From: Octopus vulgaris
Lineage: Eukaryota
NCBI GenBank assembly: GCA_951406725.2
Contig: OX597817.1
Location: 58,900,001-58,964,000 of the forward strand
Reading direction: 5' to 3'
Length of the DNA stretch: 64,000 nt
Shown here: positions 29,276 to 42,652 of the stretch, piece after piece
Layout: the number at the start of each line of letters is the position of its first letter
How positions within the stretch are numbered: the first letter of the stretch is position 1
Notes under the pieces: generated by a model
Seen by the model: the letters and a program-made list of their open reading frames with translations, nothing else
What the model was told of the DNA's origin: nothing
Database searches by the model: none
Position numbers and translations under genes: made by a program

Positions 29276-31207
29276 TCAAGTAGTGAGTTCTTGTTGGGTG
29301 AGTTGTATCCAGTTTTGTTCAAGTAGTGAGTTCTTGTTGGGTGAGTTGTATCCAATTATGGGTGGCTTATCTAATATTCTTTGAAGGAATCTATCCAGAC
29401 TCTGTTTAAAGTTGATGGGATCCTTTTCCTCTTTGATCTCCCTCGGGACAATGTTAAATAGGGCAGGGCCTGTTGAGGAAAAGAAATTATGTTGCAGTGT
29501 ACATGTATGTTGTGATCTTGAATTGGGCAGGGGACGTATAGCCCGTGGTCCAAGTCTTGGATGAACCTTGAAGCTAATGTTTAGGTCGTTTGGGCAAAGT
29601 TGGCGGTATATTTTCCACATCGTACAAATGATGTACCGTTCACGGCGACGCTGGAGGGAGTAAAGTTTCAAGGCTTTAAGGCGATTCCAATAATCGAGAG
29701 CAGCCATGCCTTCAATTTGTTTAGTGAGTGCCCTCTGGGGTGACTCAATTCTGGAGATGTTTTGTCTTGTGTGAGGAGACCACAGTGGGCAGCAGTATTC
29801 ATGGTGTGGCCGTACAAAGGAGGAAAAAAGTGGTATGATGACACCTTGTTCTCTGGACCGGAAAGTTCTTAAGATCCAGGAACTCATCCTACGAGCTATA
29901 TCGACCTTCTTGTTGATGTGTGCACTCCAACTGAGATCGTCATCAACAATTACACCCAGGTCTCTGATATTGTTAGAGGCTGTGAGCGGCTCCCCTGAAG
30001 GAAGAGAGTATGGTTGTTTTAGTGAGGAATTTCTTCCAAAATGCATCAGCTCAAATTTTCCCTCATTCAGTTGCATTTTGTTTCTGTCTGCCCATTGACT
30101 CACAGCATATAGATCAGACTGGAGTTGAGTTTGGTCTGCTTCTTCATTGACGATTTGCTGGAGCTTAGTGTCATCAGCAAATATTTTCACTTTGCAGTAA
30201 TGTACGACACTGGAAAGGTCGTTTACGTAAATTATGAAGAGTAGCGGACCCAAAACAGTTCCCTGGGGAACACCGCTGGTGACTTTTGCTGGGTTTGAGT
30301 GGACTCCATCAACTACAACATGTTGTGTTCTATTCGCCAGGAAATACTTAATCCAGTGTAGAACTTTTCCACGGATTCCAACATTTGCCAATTTTGAGAG
30401 TAGGATGTTATGGTCTACCCTGTCAAACGCTTTACTGAAGTCAAGATATATGACGTCAGAGTTCGAACCTGTTCCCAAGGCTTTGAGTACATCTTCAATG
30501 TGGTGTAAGAGCTGTGTTAGACAGTCCCTGCCACAGCGAAAGCCATGCTGATTTGCATTTAGGAGTTTGTGGGTCTCCAGGAAGTCAGCTATCCTTGATC
30601 TTAACACTCTTTCAAACACTTTAATGATGTGGGAGGTGAGTGAGATTGGGCGATAGTTGACTGCGAGGGATCTGTTTCCCTGTTTGAAAACCGGGATGAC
30701 CGACTGGGATAGAAACTGTTTCGGTATATAACCTGCGTCTAACGAATTTCTCCAGAGGTTGGTCAGAGGGACTGCAAGTTGGTATCTACATTCCTTCAGG
30801 AGACTAGCGGGAAATCTATCAGGGCCTACAGCAGAGTAATGTTTGACCTCATTTATTGCTGCTACGATGTCGGTGGCAGTGAAGGTTATGACTGAGATTT
30901 TGTGTTGGGAGTCAACTTCGTTCGTTTCCCTTACGTCAATATCAGTGGGAACACTAAAGACAGAGCAGTATTGTTTCTGCAGTATTTCTGCCATTTCTTT
31001 AGCATCGTGTTGGGGAATGCCGTTATCATCAATCAATGGCCCAATGGGTGAGACAGTGGTTCTATGCTTATTTGCATAAGAATAGAACACTTTTGGGTTC
31101 TGTTTGATGTTTTTGATTACCCATTGTTCCTCCACAGCTCTTTGATTTTCAATGGAGGTTTTTATGTTGGTCTGCAGATGAAGTTTTTCCAGCTCTAGTC
31201 TTTTCAT
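29276..31207 (-). CDS. Reverse transcriptase (ORF2, 5'-truncated) of a CR1/Jockey-group LINE
   Basis: 643-aa ORF with NYRPISLTS, QHGF, YLDFSKAFD, GVPQGTVLGPLLF, FADD, DLGV; no endonuclease domain; element spans about 29160-31295. Confidence 0.93.
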   Translation of the reverse strand: MKRLELEKLHLQTNIKTSIENQRAVEEQWVIKNIKQNPKVFYSYANKHRTTVSPIGPLIDDNGIPQHDAKEMAEILQKQYCSVFSVPTDIDVRETNEVDSQHKISVITFTATDIVAAINEVKHYSAVGPDRFPASLLKECRYQLAVPLTNLWRNSLDAGYIPKQFLSQSVIPVFKQGNRSLAVNYRPISLTSHIIKVFERVLRSRIADFLETHKLLNANQHGFRCGRDCLTQLLHHIEDVLKALGTGSNSDVIYLDFSKAFDRVDHNILLSKLANVGIRGKVLHWIKYFLANRTQHVVVDGVHSNPAKVTSGVPQGTVLGPLLFIIYVNDLSSVVHYCKVKIFADDTKLQQIVNEEADQTQLQSDLYAVSQWADRNKMQLNEGKFELMHFGRNSSLKQPYSLPSGEPLTASNNIRDLGVIVDDDLSWSAHINKKVDIARRMSSWILRTFRSREQGVIIPLFSSFVRPHHEYCCPLWSPHTRQNISRIESPQRALTKQIEGMAALDYWNRLKALKLYSLQRRRERYIICTMWKIYRQLCPNDLNISFKVHPRLGPRAIRPLPNSRSQHTCTLQHNFFSSTGPALFNIVPREIKEEKDPINFKQSLDRFLQRILDKPPIIGYNSPNKNSLLEQNWIQLTQQELTT

Positions 31208-31515
31208 TGTTGTTGAATGTGGATGTTGTGTGTGGGAATATTTTAATTGGTTGATTTTTTTTGTTGAGTCTTTTGATGCGCCTGATGAGTGTTTGAAGAA
31301 ATGAGGTACTCAGAAAATCGGATGGTTTATATTTACAGATATTTATTTGTATATTACATTTTTTACATATATATCATATCACTTAGATCATTAGCGCTTT
31401 CTCCCATTCTAGTGGGGTTGTATGTATGTATGTATTTATGTATATGCATATATATATATATATATATATATATAAACATACATATACATATATATATATA
31501 TATGCATGTATGTAT

Positions 31516-31557
<42 letters not shown>

Positions 31558-31724
31558 TGTATATATACAAATACATACATATATACCCTTACATATATTT
31601 GTATAAGTACATGCATATATATATATGCATGTATATATATATACGTATATATAGATATATGTCTATATATATATATATACATATATATTTTTATATACAT
31701 ACATACATATATACACACATATAC

Positions 31725-31763
<39 letters not shown>

Positions 31764-32126
31764 TATATATACATACATATATATTCCCTTTTGTCTGTAA
31801 ACACTTTATATTTAAAAAAAAGATTTGTTAGCGCGAATAAAACGTAAATCAATAAAATGTCAGTGGAAGGAAGTATTCAATCAGGGTTGTCACGCATCGA
31901 TTGTCTGCAGACCACATCAATCATATTCCACAAAGCAACTGATTCACTTTTGTTTCATACCCTTTGATTGTTATCTCTTTTGTTAAGTGAGAAATGGTTG
32001 TTTTGAAAGAAAAAAAAAACTATCGTAATAATAATATTTACCACAAGAACGTCGGATGAAAGAATCATTACAGAAATGACAAAAGTGTGGAGGTTTACAC
32101 TGGAATCGGATTAACACACACACACA

Positions 32127-32191
<65 letters not shown>

Positions 32192-33296
32192 ACACACATA
32201 TATTATGTAGATATGGTTGTTATAAATCCAAGCTGTATACTCTCGAAGCTCGTCTCCTTATTCCAGTGCTCCAAAATTCTATGTAGATTTTATATTTGCG
32301 TGTGAGGCATGCATAAGAGTTGAAATATACTGGAAATAGTTTTAGCAGAGTAATTAGATATCAAAACATGGGACTGGGAAAAACGTTTAGCATTATCTAT
32401 TCACCATTACACGTGTTTCATTTACTAATAAGAGTTACAAAGTTGTAGATGTAGAGTAAGCATGTAGGACATTTCGTATAAGAAATTCACCAGGTAGAAG
32501 ATCAAGCAATAATATCGACCCTAATATTCAGCTGGTACTTCTTTTATCAATCCCGAAAGGTTGAAAGGCAAAATTAGCCTCGGCAGAATTTGAGCTCAGA
32601 ACGTAAAAAAGCGGAAGAATGGATAGAGAAAATAAGCACAAATCTCAGATCGGGGCAGCCCCAGAAATCAGTGTTGTTAAGGACAGCTAGGATACTCAGG
32701 AATGTTCTTTACACCTAAGGTTACCTGTTGTAGCTCGATGTTCGGAATATTTTTGCAACGGTGTAATCTGTTGTGCGAATATGAAATAATAATGATGATG
32801 ATGATGGACTCTCGCGTGGAAGACGACTTCCGAGTGTTCATGTCTTGGCGAACGACCTGCATAAATGATTCGTTTATAGTGATCAAATGTATGTGCCGCA
32901 CTTAAGCTCACTCGCTCCTTCATCAAATCGACGTTGCCTGGACAGGTGCACAGGTGTACCACACGTCAGGTGTCCAAGTGATCACAGAGCAATGCCAGAT
33001 GAAGTGTTTCGTTCAAGAACACAACGCACCGCTCCGTCTAGGAATTGATACCACGATCTCATGAGTGTGAGTGCAACGCCTTAACCACAAAGCCATGCGT
33101 CTTCACAATATTATAACAAAGGTTTCTAATTTTGCCACAAGGCCAGCAATTTTGGGGGAAGGTACTTATTTTATCGATCGCGAAAGGATGAAAGGCAAAG
33201 TCGACCTTAGCGCAATTTGAACTCAGAACGTAGCGACGGGCGAAATACCGCTAAGCATTTCGTCCAGCACGCTAACGATTCTGCCAGCTCACCGCC

Positions 33297-33419
<123 letters not shown>

Positions 33420-33420
33420 T

Positions 33421-33606
33421 CTTGAGAAGTACATGGAGCAAATAGAGGCTGCAATAAGGGTGGAGCACTTGCAGAAAACAGCACTGCTTGGAACCGCTCG
33501 AATACTCCAGAAGATGCTCGAAAAATAAGAGGTGTTACCTTAAGTTCACTGGTAGTGAACAGCTGACACCGTAGTACATCTCCAGCGTTAGAAGATGTGC
33601 AAAGGC
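33421..33606 (+). mobile_element. 3' end of Dong/R4-like retrotransposon in (TAA)n
   Basis: LEKYMEQIEAAIRVEHLQKTALLGTARILQKMLEK* (33421-33528); (TAA)n on both sides. Confidence 0.8.
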
Positions 33607-34369
33607 AATAATAATAATAATAATTTCTTCTATAGATACAAGGCCTGAAATTTTGGGGTAGGGGGTAAGTGAATTTTATCGATCCCAGGACTCAGCTGGT
33701 ACTTATTTTGTCGACCCTTGAAAAGATGAAAAGGCAAAATCGACTTGGGCGGAATTTGAACTCAGAACGTGTAGACAGGCGAAATGCCGCTAAGCACTTT
33801 GCCCGCCGTGCTAACGGTTCCGCCAACTCACCACCTTAATCATGGAATGATAATGATGCTATTGGAGGATCTAATAACTTCGGAATTGTGTAACAGCATC
33901 AGAATCGGTGCTGTTAATACTGATTGTGATGTTGGTGCTGGTAGTCATAATTATGGTGGCGGCGTTGGCAGTGATGGCGGTGGTTATCGTAGCGACGGTG
34001 AGAAGGAGGCATTGGATAAAAACCTAATGATGACGGTAGTGAGGTCACCGAAATTTGGTGGCAGCAGCAATGAGGATTAATAAGTCTATAATTCTTTAAA
34101 TAATTGAGCTATCCAATAAAAGAGAGACTGTCAATGCCAGTCAAAGCATTGAGGGAGGGGTGGAAGTAAAATGAATAAAAAAAAAAGGGAAAAAGAAGAA
34201 AAACACTGTAAATTTAATTTTGGTTTTAGAGTTCGTTTAAATACGGAAAAGATTAAGTAGAAAGTTCTAGAAAGTTCTAAAGAAGAGATTTGGGGTTAAA
34301 CTTCAACCGCAAATTGTTACTAATCTCCGCATGTGTCAATCGCAGCTTCATGTATAATATATCACGCAA

Positions 34370-34630
34370 TCGGCCAGATTATTGGATGTTGTTGTACATC
34401 GCTGGTCACAATGCGCTTTGCTTCGTTTTAACCTTGGAATGACTAACAGCAGACTAACATTCCCTCTGATCGAAAGGCTAGTTTGTTGCAAGGTTACAGA
34501 TGTACGACTGAGTGGACGAAAGGAACGTGAAATGAAGTGTTTTGCTCAAGAACATAATGCGCAGCTGGTCTGAAAATCGAAACCACGACTGTGAGTGCAA
34601 CACGCTTAACCACTAGCCCACGAACCTTCA
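34370..34630 (-). mobile_element. SINE family C
   Basis: Homologous to 5884-6165. Confidence 0.7.
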
Positions 34631-34642
34631 CATTATATATAT

Positions 34643-34716
<74 letters not shown>

Positions 34717-34717
34717 C

Positions 34718-34759
<42 letters not shown>

Positions 34760-34960
34760 GCATACATACATAATACATACATACACACATACATGCATGC
34801 ATACACCGTAATCAACTTTACTGTACAAAGTTCCTTGAAATATTCGTATCGAGTTTTGAGACACAGCCTTGTCTTTTTCGTTGCAGGGACCCTTTGAGTA
34901 GCCATTTGATATCCTAGAACCAAAGATGCTGCTGTTCATAGGTTGCGTTATAAAATTAAA

Positions 34961-35352
34961 TCTCTCTCTATATAAAGCTGAAGTTGTCCGTGTATGGCAG
35001 GTTTGGTAGCCTTCAACTAACACTATCTCCTCTAAGACCCTGCAGCGCAAGTTGACCAAAATTGAGAGTATGATAGAAGAAGGCTTGCTCTTCCTTCCGC
35101 AGAAGAAAAAATTCAAATCGGACCATGTTAACACCAAAAATTATTTACATCAAAAAGGTGTTTTTTTTCTATGAAAATCCCTATTTTTTACGATTTTTTG
35201 ACTGCTGTGTCGCCATTTGTCGGTGTATTTCAACCAGAAAAATCTTCATTTACAGAGAATAACAAGCTACATAATGCAAAAGTTTTACTTTTCAAAAATT
35301 CCAATTCTAAAGGGTCGAAAGAAACCTGAGCAACGCCGGGCGATACTGCTAG
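34961..35352 (+). mobile_element. Non-autonomous Helitron
   Basis: A|TC 5' end (tctctctctatataaagc), subterminal GC hairpin cctgagcaacgccggg, CTAG|T 3' end, no TSD. Confidence 0.8.
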
Positions 35353-37786
35353 TAATTATCTAAATATATAACATAAATATCAGTAGACCAGGAGTTCCGA
35401 ACTTTCATTCTACTTAATCGAATTCTTGCTATAAACAACAGCAACGATAGTAACAACAATACCAACAAGAACAACAAGATGATAGCAACAGGAAAGCAAC
35501 AACAGCAACAGGTAGAACAACAACAACAACACAAATAACAACAACAATAACCACAACTACAACATATTTCTGTAATAACTTATGCAACCTCGACCTAAAA
35601 TATTGGGGACTTTCTGAATAATCTCTCAGTCAAAGCTACAATTCGCATTAATTATTCAGTCAAGAAATTTTTCTATATGTCTTCCGAGCCGTACCATTAT
35701 TATTATTATTATTCATGAAATATCTAATGTCTGCAAGCAGCAAGGAACCAGAGTTGGATGTGGAAGTATTTAGTGCCATGATGTAGCCTCAGGTCTTATA
35801 TCCAATCAAAAATGGCCCAACTCATTCAAATTATCCCAATGTTCACAACTTACTGATTCTATGCAAGTCGACATGTTGTCTCATTTCCTACAAAATTCAA
35901 ATCACTTTCTGCTTCCACTTTCACTTTCACTTTCACTTTCGCAGCAAACCAACTTCGCAAAGTCCACAACAACGCCATTTTCCTCACCAACATTTTCTTC
36001 TTCCTTTTTATCACCGTCTTCTCTCTTTCTTCTTCGTCTTCTTTGTTATCGTCGACTTCTATCTATATTTCTTTTTTTCTTCATCGTCGATATCGTCGTC
36101 GTCGTCGCCATCGTCATCTGCATCATCATCATCGACAACACTTACCACCATCACTACCATTACCAGTCGTACCATTAGTACCATTATCACCACCACTACC
36201 ACCACCATCATCATCATCATCCTCATCACTACAATCACCATCATCACTACCACCATCGTTATCAATATCAGAATTAGCATCACCACCACTACAGCTGCCA
36301 TTATCTTCCCCCGACACCACCAACACAACTGCCCCCACCACCCGTACCACCACCACCAATATCATACGCTGGCGTTGACGTCATTATCTTTTCCTCCTCG
36401 TCGTCGTCGTCCTCCCCCACTCTCTTCTTCTTCATCTCCTCCTCCTCTTCCACCATCATCTGCTGCTTTTTCTTTTCACTGATTTCTTTAATTCTGTTAA
36501 TATTTATTCTCCTCTTGCCCCACCCCTTTATTCCCCCACCCTTCAAACGCACCGTTTCTACTTCTTTATTTTCCCTACATTTTTATCACATTCATCCTCC
36601 CCCTTATCTCCCTCTCCCTCTCATATATATGCAAATGACTAGATGCATGTATATATCTATATGCTATATTATTCATATACATACATGCGTGGCTAAGTGG
36701 TATAAAGCTTTCTTCCCAACCACACGCATCTGGGTTCAGTTCCACTGCGTGACACCTCGGACAAGTATCTTCTACTGTAGCCTCGTGCTGACCAAAACCT
36801 TCTGAGTGGATCTTGCAGACGAAAACCGAAAGAAGCCCGTCGTATATATGTTTGTGTGTGTGTGTGTATGCGTGCGTGTGTGTGTGTGTCTGTGTTTGCC
36901 CCCCACCCACCCACCATCGCTTGACAACGGACGCTGGTGTGTTTACGTCCCCGATGTGAAAAGGAAGAGTGCGAAAAAAGGAGAGAAAGAACGGAAAGCT
37001 GACCACAGGTCACATGACAGCAGTGGGCAGAGGAGAAAGAGAGCAAGAGAGAGGGGTGAAGGTGGAGAAGGAGAAAGGAGAAAAGCTAAGAATACATTTC
37101 GGACCTTATGCCTGTAGTAGAAAAGGATCGTCAGCACAAAATGCTTGGCGGCGTTTCTTCCGGCTCTTTACGTTCTGAGTTCAAATACTACCGAGGTCAC
37201 CTTTGCCTTTCATCCCTTCGGAGTTGGTAAAATAAAGGACCAGTTAAGTACTGAGATCGATGTAATAGAATTGTCGCCTTCTTTCAAAATTACTGGCCTT
37301 CAATCCTGCAACGGACCGGGTTCCCGTTCAGGGGGTAATGTTCTGATCTCAGTCATTTCTACGCCATGGCAACCGAGTTACCAGCCTTAAGAGTTGCAGG
37401 GCTCAAGAAAAATAAACGCAAAATTATATTATAATCATGTGGCACATTCCTTTAGGTAGGGAAATCTAGGGCTATGTAGATAATAAGGGAAACCCTGCGG
37501 GAAAATAATCTTTTAGCAGTGGCTTCGTGAATATATGGTGTTGGTAAAGACAAAATTTCCGAAAGCATCTTCGAAGAGTTTGATAACAATGCTTACACTA
37601 TCAAACCTCTCAAAGACAATTTTTGGAGTTCTTTAATCTCTGATGACTTCTTGAAAGATAAGGAATAAGACTAATAATGATTTTATTTTTATAGGGTTTC
37701 CCTGGAACTCGGAATGCATTTCAAAGGATTTCCAGCAGCAACAATTTTGGAATATACCTACATACATACCCTAGGGGATATTATAT

Positions 37787-38424
37787 TGTAACGTATGTAA
37801 TGATGAGCGGGATATTTCGCCTTTTTATCTTGCTGGTCACCGGGTTCATGAGGGAGCCTGTCATGAGGATTCCCTGGTATAAACCACATTAGTTTATATG
37901 AATGCAAAGGTATCTGTATTTCATTTAATTATTTAAGTGAATTTAATATTCAGTTCAAAGTGTTGACCAAGGTGACCACTCCTGGTTAGAAAAGAAGCCG
38001 TAATCTGAATAAACTTTGGAATCAAAGGGTCCGTAAATATCGATTTGTATTCGTGCTTATTTTATGAACCTCGAAAGGATGAAAGGCGAAGTCGACCTCG
38101 GAGGAATTCGAACTCAGAACGTAAAGCTGGAAGAGATACCGCTAAGCATTTAATCCGGGATGCTAACGATTCTTATTTCTTTATTGCCCACAAAGGGCTA
38201 AACACAGAGGGGACAAACAAGGACAGACAAACGGATTAAGTCGATTACATCGACTCCAGTGCATAACTGGTACATAATTTATCGACCCCGAAAGGATGAA
38301 AGGCAAAGTCGACCTCGGCGGAATTTGAACTCAGAACGTAAAGGCAGACGAAATACGGCTACGCATTTTGCCCGGCGTGCTAACGATTCAGCCAGTTCGC
38401 CACCTCCTTAACTGAGTATTAACA
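37787..38424. mobile_element. Possible solo LTR interrupted by SINE B copies (about 38055-38410)
   Basis: Begins tgtaac, ends ttaaca, ATAT on both sides, internal aataaa. Confidence 0.4.
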
Positions 38425-39445
38425 ATATCTAACCGGCCGTGACTTGTTTATGCTTTATTTTCTTATGAATAAAATAAAAGAATTTATCTCCACTTAGATT
38501 TTCATTTCTCTAACTTACCGATCGTTTAGGCCGCCATTTCTCTCCGACTTCAGGAACTCGTTGACACATCAAAGCTTTAATCTCAGAATAATACTTTTGT
38601 TTTTTTTTGTTTTATTCTTTGTTTTGTATTCGTATTGTTTTTATTGATTTATTTTGATTACTCGGAAGACAAATAGTTACTGTTAAAGATCAATCAAATG
38701 AACCATTATTATTCATATTTATTATCATGTTCAGATGGTCGGGGAGGGGGTAATTGAGGGAAATGTCGGAGTATCGAACAAAATGTCTTATCGTATTTTG
38801 TTTCACCTTTCCTTATACTGGGTTCAAATCCTAAGCGATATTTTCTGTCTGTTATCGTCCACCACGGCTGAAAGCTTTAGTACCAGTAATGCAACATTTG
38901 AAGAAATGGTGCAATAGTCTGCGCTTGGCATCCACATATGTGCAGAATTCGTTATATGTATAGGTGCAGGCATGGGTTTGCGGTCAAGAAGGTTGCTTTA
39001 CAACCACGTGGTTTTGGGTCCAGTTTTATGACGCAGCAATTTGGACAAGTGTCTTCTAGTATAACCCCTAGTTTTGTATATGAATTTAATTGAAGGAAAC
39101 TGTGTAGAAACTCTGCGCATATATATATGTGTGTGTGTGTATAGTTATTCCTCCACCAATTGGTAGCCTGTGTTGGTTTGCTTACGTCCCCATAACTTAG
39201 TTGTTTCGGTAAACAGAATGATGAGATTAAAAACGAAGCACTGGAGACAATTTGTTCAACTAAGCCCCTCAATGCTGTGCCCCAGCATGGCCGCAGTCTA
39301 GTGATTGAAACAAGTACAAGAAAGATACTCATTGAAAAACTGAAACACGAAAATTAAATTTGATGGAGTATACTTTATATGTATGAATGTATCTGCCTAT
39401 CTACCTATCCATCCAGCTGTCTATCCGTCCACCTATCTACCTCTC

Positions 39446-39538
<93 letters not shown>

Positions 39539-41654
39539 GTATATATATAGTTCAAATTTACAGAAAACAAAAGACGAAGACAGGTGAAGGAACAACAAGC
39601 AGGGAAGAATGGGAAAGTCGTTGACGTTTCGACTTTATGCTCTTCGACAGAAAGGATTGAGAGGGGAAAACACGGACAGAGAAAAAAATATGTGAGGATT
39701 AACGATTCGACATGATGATTTTTGAGGCGGTGGTGGAGGTGGAGGTGGAGGACGAAAGATTTGGGATTAGGAATGCTGGAAAGAGGAATAAGAGGAAGAA
39801 GATAAAAAAAGATAAAAAGGAGACAAAATGGCAAAGTTATTAACGCACGAAGTTCAAAAGTCGTGGTGGATTAGTGCGATATATTTCGACGAAAGAATCC
39901 AGTAAGATCCATGGAAATAGAGTCTGGAAAAGTGCGAAGATAATAGTTCAAATTCTGCCGAGGCCGACCTTTTCTTTCATCTTTTCTGGGTACCAGTTGA
40001 GCACTGGGGTCAATGTAATCGACCAAACCCCTGTCCCAAAATTTCAGACCTGTGCCAAAATGTGAAGCCATTATTACTATGAGTTCTTCTTTCAATTTTG
40101 TTTCCATTTTTTGCTGAGAGTCTTTCCGACTCCTGGTAGAAAGCAAATCACTCTATTTATTGTTGTTGCTGCTGTTGTTGTTGTACAATTATGCGTTTAG
40201 TCTCTTCACAAAAATGTCCACAATCGCAAAGAAAACGAGAATGTTTAGATAAATAAATAAACTTTAATATGTCTTCCATTTTCAAAAGTTAATAACTACT
40301 TTCTCTGTGGAAGGAGAATTTATGATATATTTTTGCTTTGACTGAGCCATAATTCTTAACTTAAAAATATCAATACGGATAAAGAAGTATATTTAACACC
40401 ATAAAATTATACATTAAAAGCATTAAGTGATTCCGCAGCAGAAGCAAACTTAATCTGTCTTGAGTATTTAATGTGCTAGAAACAGCAGAAACTAATGCAA
40501 AACTGTCTTGTAATTCCTTTTACCAAACATAAACAAAGATATCACCAAATACATTCCCCATCTGGATAAAAATTGGAACCAGAGATTTGAAAAGCAACCA
40601 AATCTACAACAACAACGGTATGAATAATAATAATAATAATAAATAATAATTATACTTTTCTTTCATTTTGCTATCAGGACCCATTCATACATAGAACGAG
40701 CGGCTATGAAAATATCTCACAATGGCGTGTGGTGATGTACTTATAATAATCATAAATAAAAACGAAGGGTGGAGCAGTTATACAAAATTGTGGGTCACTT
40801 GAGACTTGTTAATAAATATGAGATTGGTTGGTCCCATCTTAGGGGTTGCAATGAGCTTGAAAGGACAACGTCCTCTCGGCAGATACTGTGTTACACATCG
40901 TTTCTTGGTTTCCATCAGCATCCTGTCTTCTGCACTCTTCACATAATCGGAACCCGCCTCTTCATAAATCTGCATTTGATATGCATATGTGTGTGTGTTT
41001 GTTACCCACCACCACGTGACAACCGGTGTTGGTGTGTTTACATCCCCTACAACTAGCGATAGAATAAGTACCAGGCTTTAAAAAAAGTACCGGGGTCGAT
41101 TCATTCAACTAAAAATTCTTCAAGGCAGTGCCCCAGCATGGCCGCAGTCTAATGGCTGAAACAGGTAAAGATGAAAAAATAAATATATATATATATATAT
41201 GATGGCCCCCTCCCTCTGCTAGACGACGTATGAGGGATCAGCAATTTCCTACCGAACAACCACACTGACGATTTGTCTCTAGGGGTCAAATGTTTGTGTA
41301 GACATAAACTCACTCCCTCCAATCAAATCGACATTACCTGCACAGGTGCGACAGGTGCCACATGTCAGATGTCGAAATGATCGCAGAGCAACGAGAAAGA
41401 AAGTGCTTTGCTCAAAAACAGAACGTAACACCCGGTCTGGGAATCGAACCCACGATCTCGTAATCGTGAATGCAACACACTAAGCTATGCTCCATCACTA
41501 TATATAAATATCACTATATCACTATATCCAGCCAACGTCAAGTCTATCAGTGCTGCTACTATTTTCTTAATGAGATTTACTCGTCAGAAGTTCTGACGAG
41601 TAAATCACATTAAGAAACTATGATCCATCCGTCACCAGGATCATAGTTGCATCA

Positions 41655-41886
41655 AAGGCGGCGAGCTGGCAGAAACGTTAGCACGTCGGGCAAAATGCTT
41701 AGCAGTATTTCGTCTGTCGCTACGTTCTGAGTTCAAATTCCGCCGAGGTCGACTTTGCCGTTCATCCTTTCGGGGTCGATTAAATAAGTACCAGTTACGC
41801 ACTGGGGTCGATATAATCGACTTAATCCGTTTGTCTGTCCTTGTTTGCCCCCTCTGTGTTTAGCCCCTTGTGGGTAGTAAAGAAAT
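41655..41886 (+). mobile_element. SINE family B, full length, perfect 18-bp TSD
   Basis: aggatcatagttgcatca at 41637-41654 and 41887-41904; central domain resembles the Meta/Sauria SINE domain. Confidence 0.92.
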
Positions 41887-42579
41887 AGGATCATAGTTGC
41901 ATCACGTGGAAGAGTCCACACGATCAGCAAATAATTAGCAGAGTATAGTACAGCAATGGACGCCCACACACTTATCGCGCTTTACATTCTACAGTCAACT
42001 GATGTTCATATTTAGAAACTGTGTAGATACTAAGAGGCTGGGAATTAAGTGGAGGTTTCATTTATCAAAGCTGCCGAAGCTTCTGGAGAAAGTAACAAAC
42101 ACTAAAGAAAAGAAATAGAAAATTGTACTAAGTGAAATGCCGTGCCATAAAAATTGTCAATTGTTATAAAGTGTATTTTAGGTTAAAAGAGGTGTGTGTT
42201 TGGGATGTGGGGGGAGGAATAGCTGAAATTGCATAAAGTCATACATATGGTGTATTAAAAGGACATTTCGCCTGTCGAGTGGAAGTGTTGTCAAACAGGA
42301 GCAACCATAAAAACTGACGATGCCTTGCGTCAGCTAATTGTAAGACAAATAATAAAACAGTGGAATCTGAGTTGCGGGGGAACCGGGCGTGACCAGGTTG
42401 CAGTTGGTGTGACGAAAAGTTCGATGTCAAATAATAAATTCTGAAGTGAAGTTAATAGTGTCTGTTTGTTTAGTTGGTTAATAAGTGTCTTCTTCGCTGT
42501 AATTGTTTTAGTTTCAATGCACTGTCTCAGATCAGGTCACTTGCCAGGCAAGTACACCACTCAAGTAATTATTTTATTT

Positions 42580-42652
<73 letters not shown>

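Noticed and set aside
32245-32256. 12-nt match to the start of miR-993-3p (gaagctcgtctc)
   Set aside because: The remainder diverges and no complementary 5p arm or hairpin is visible upstream
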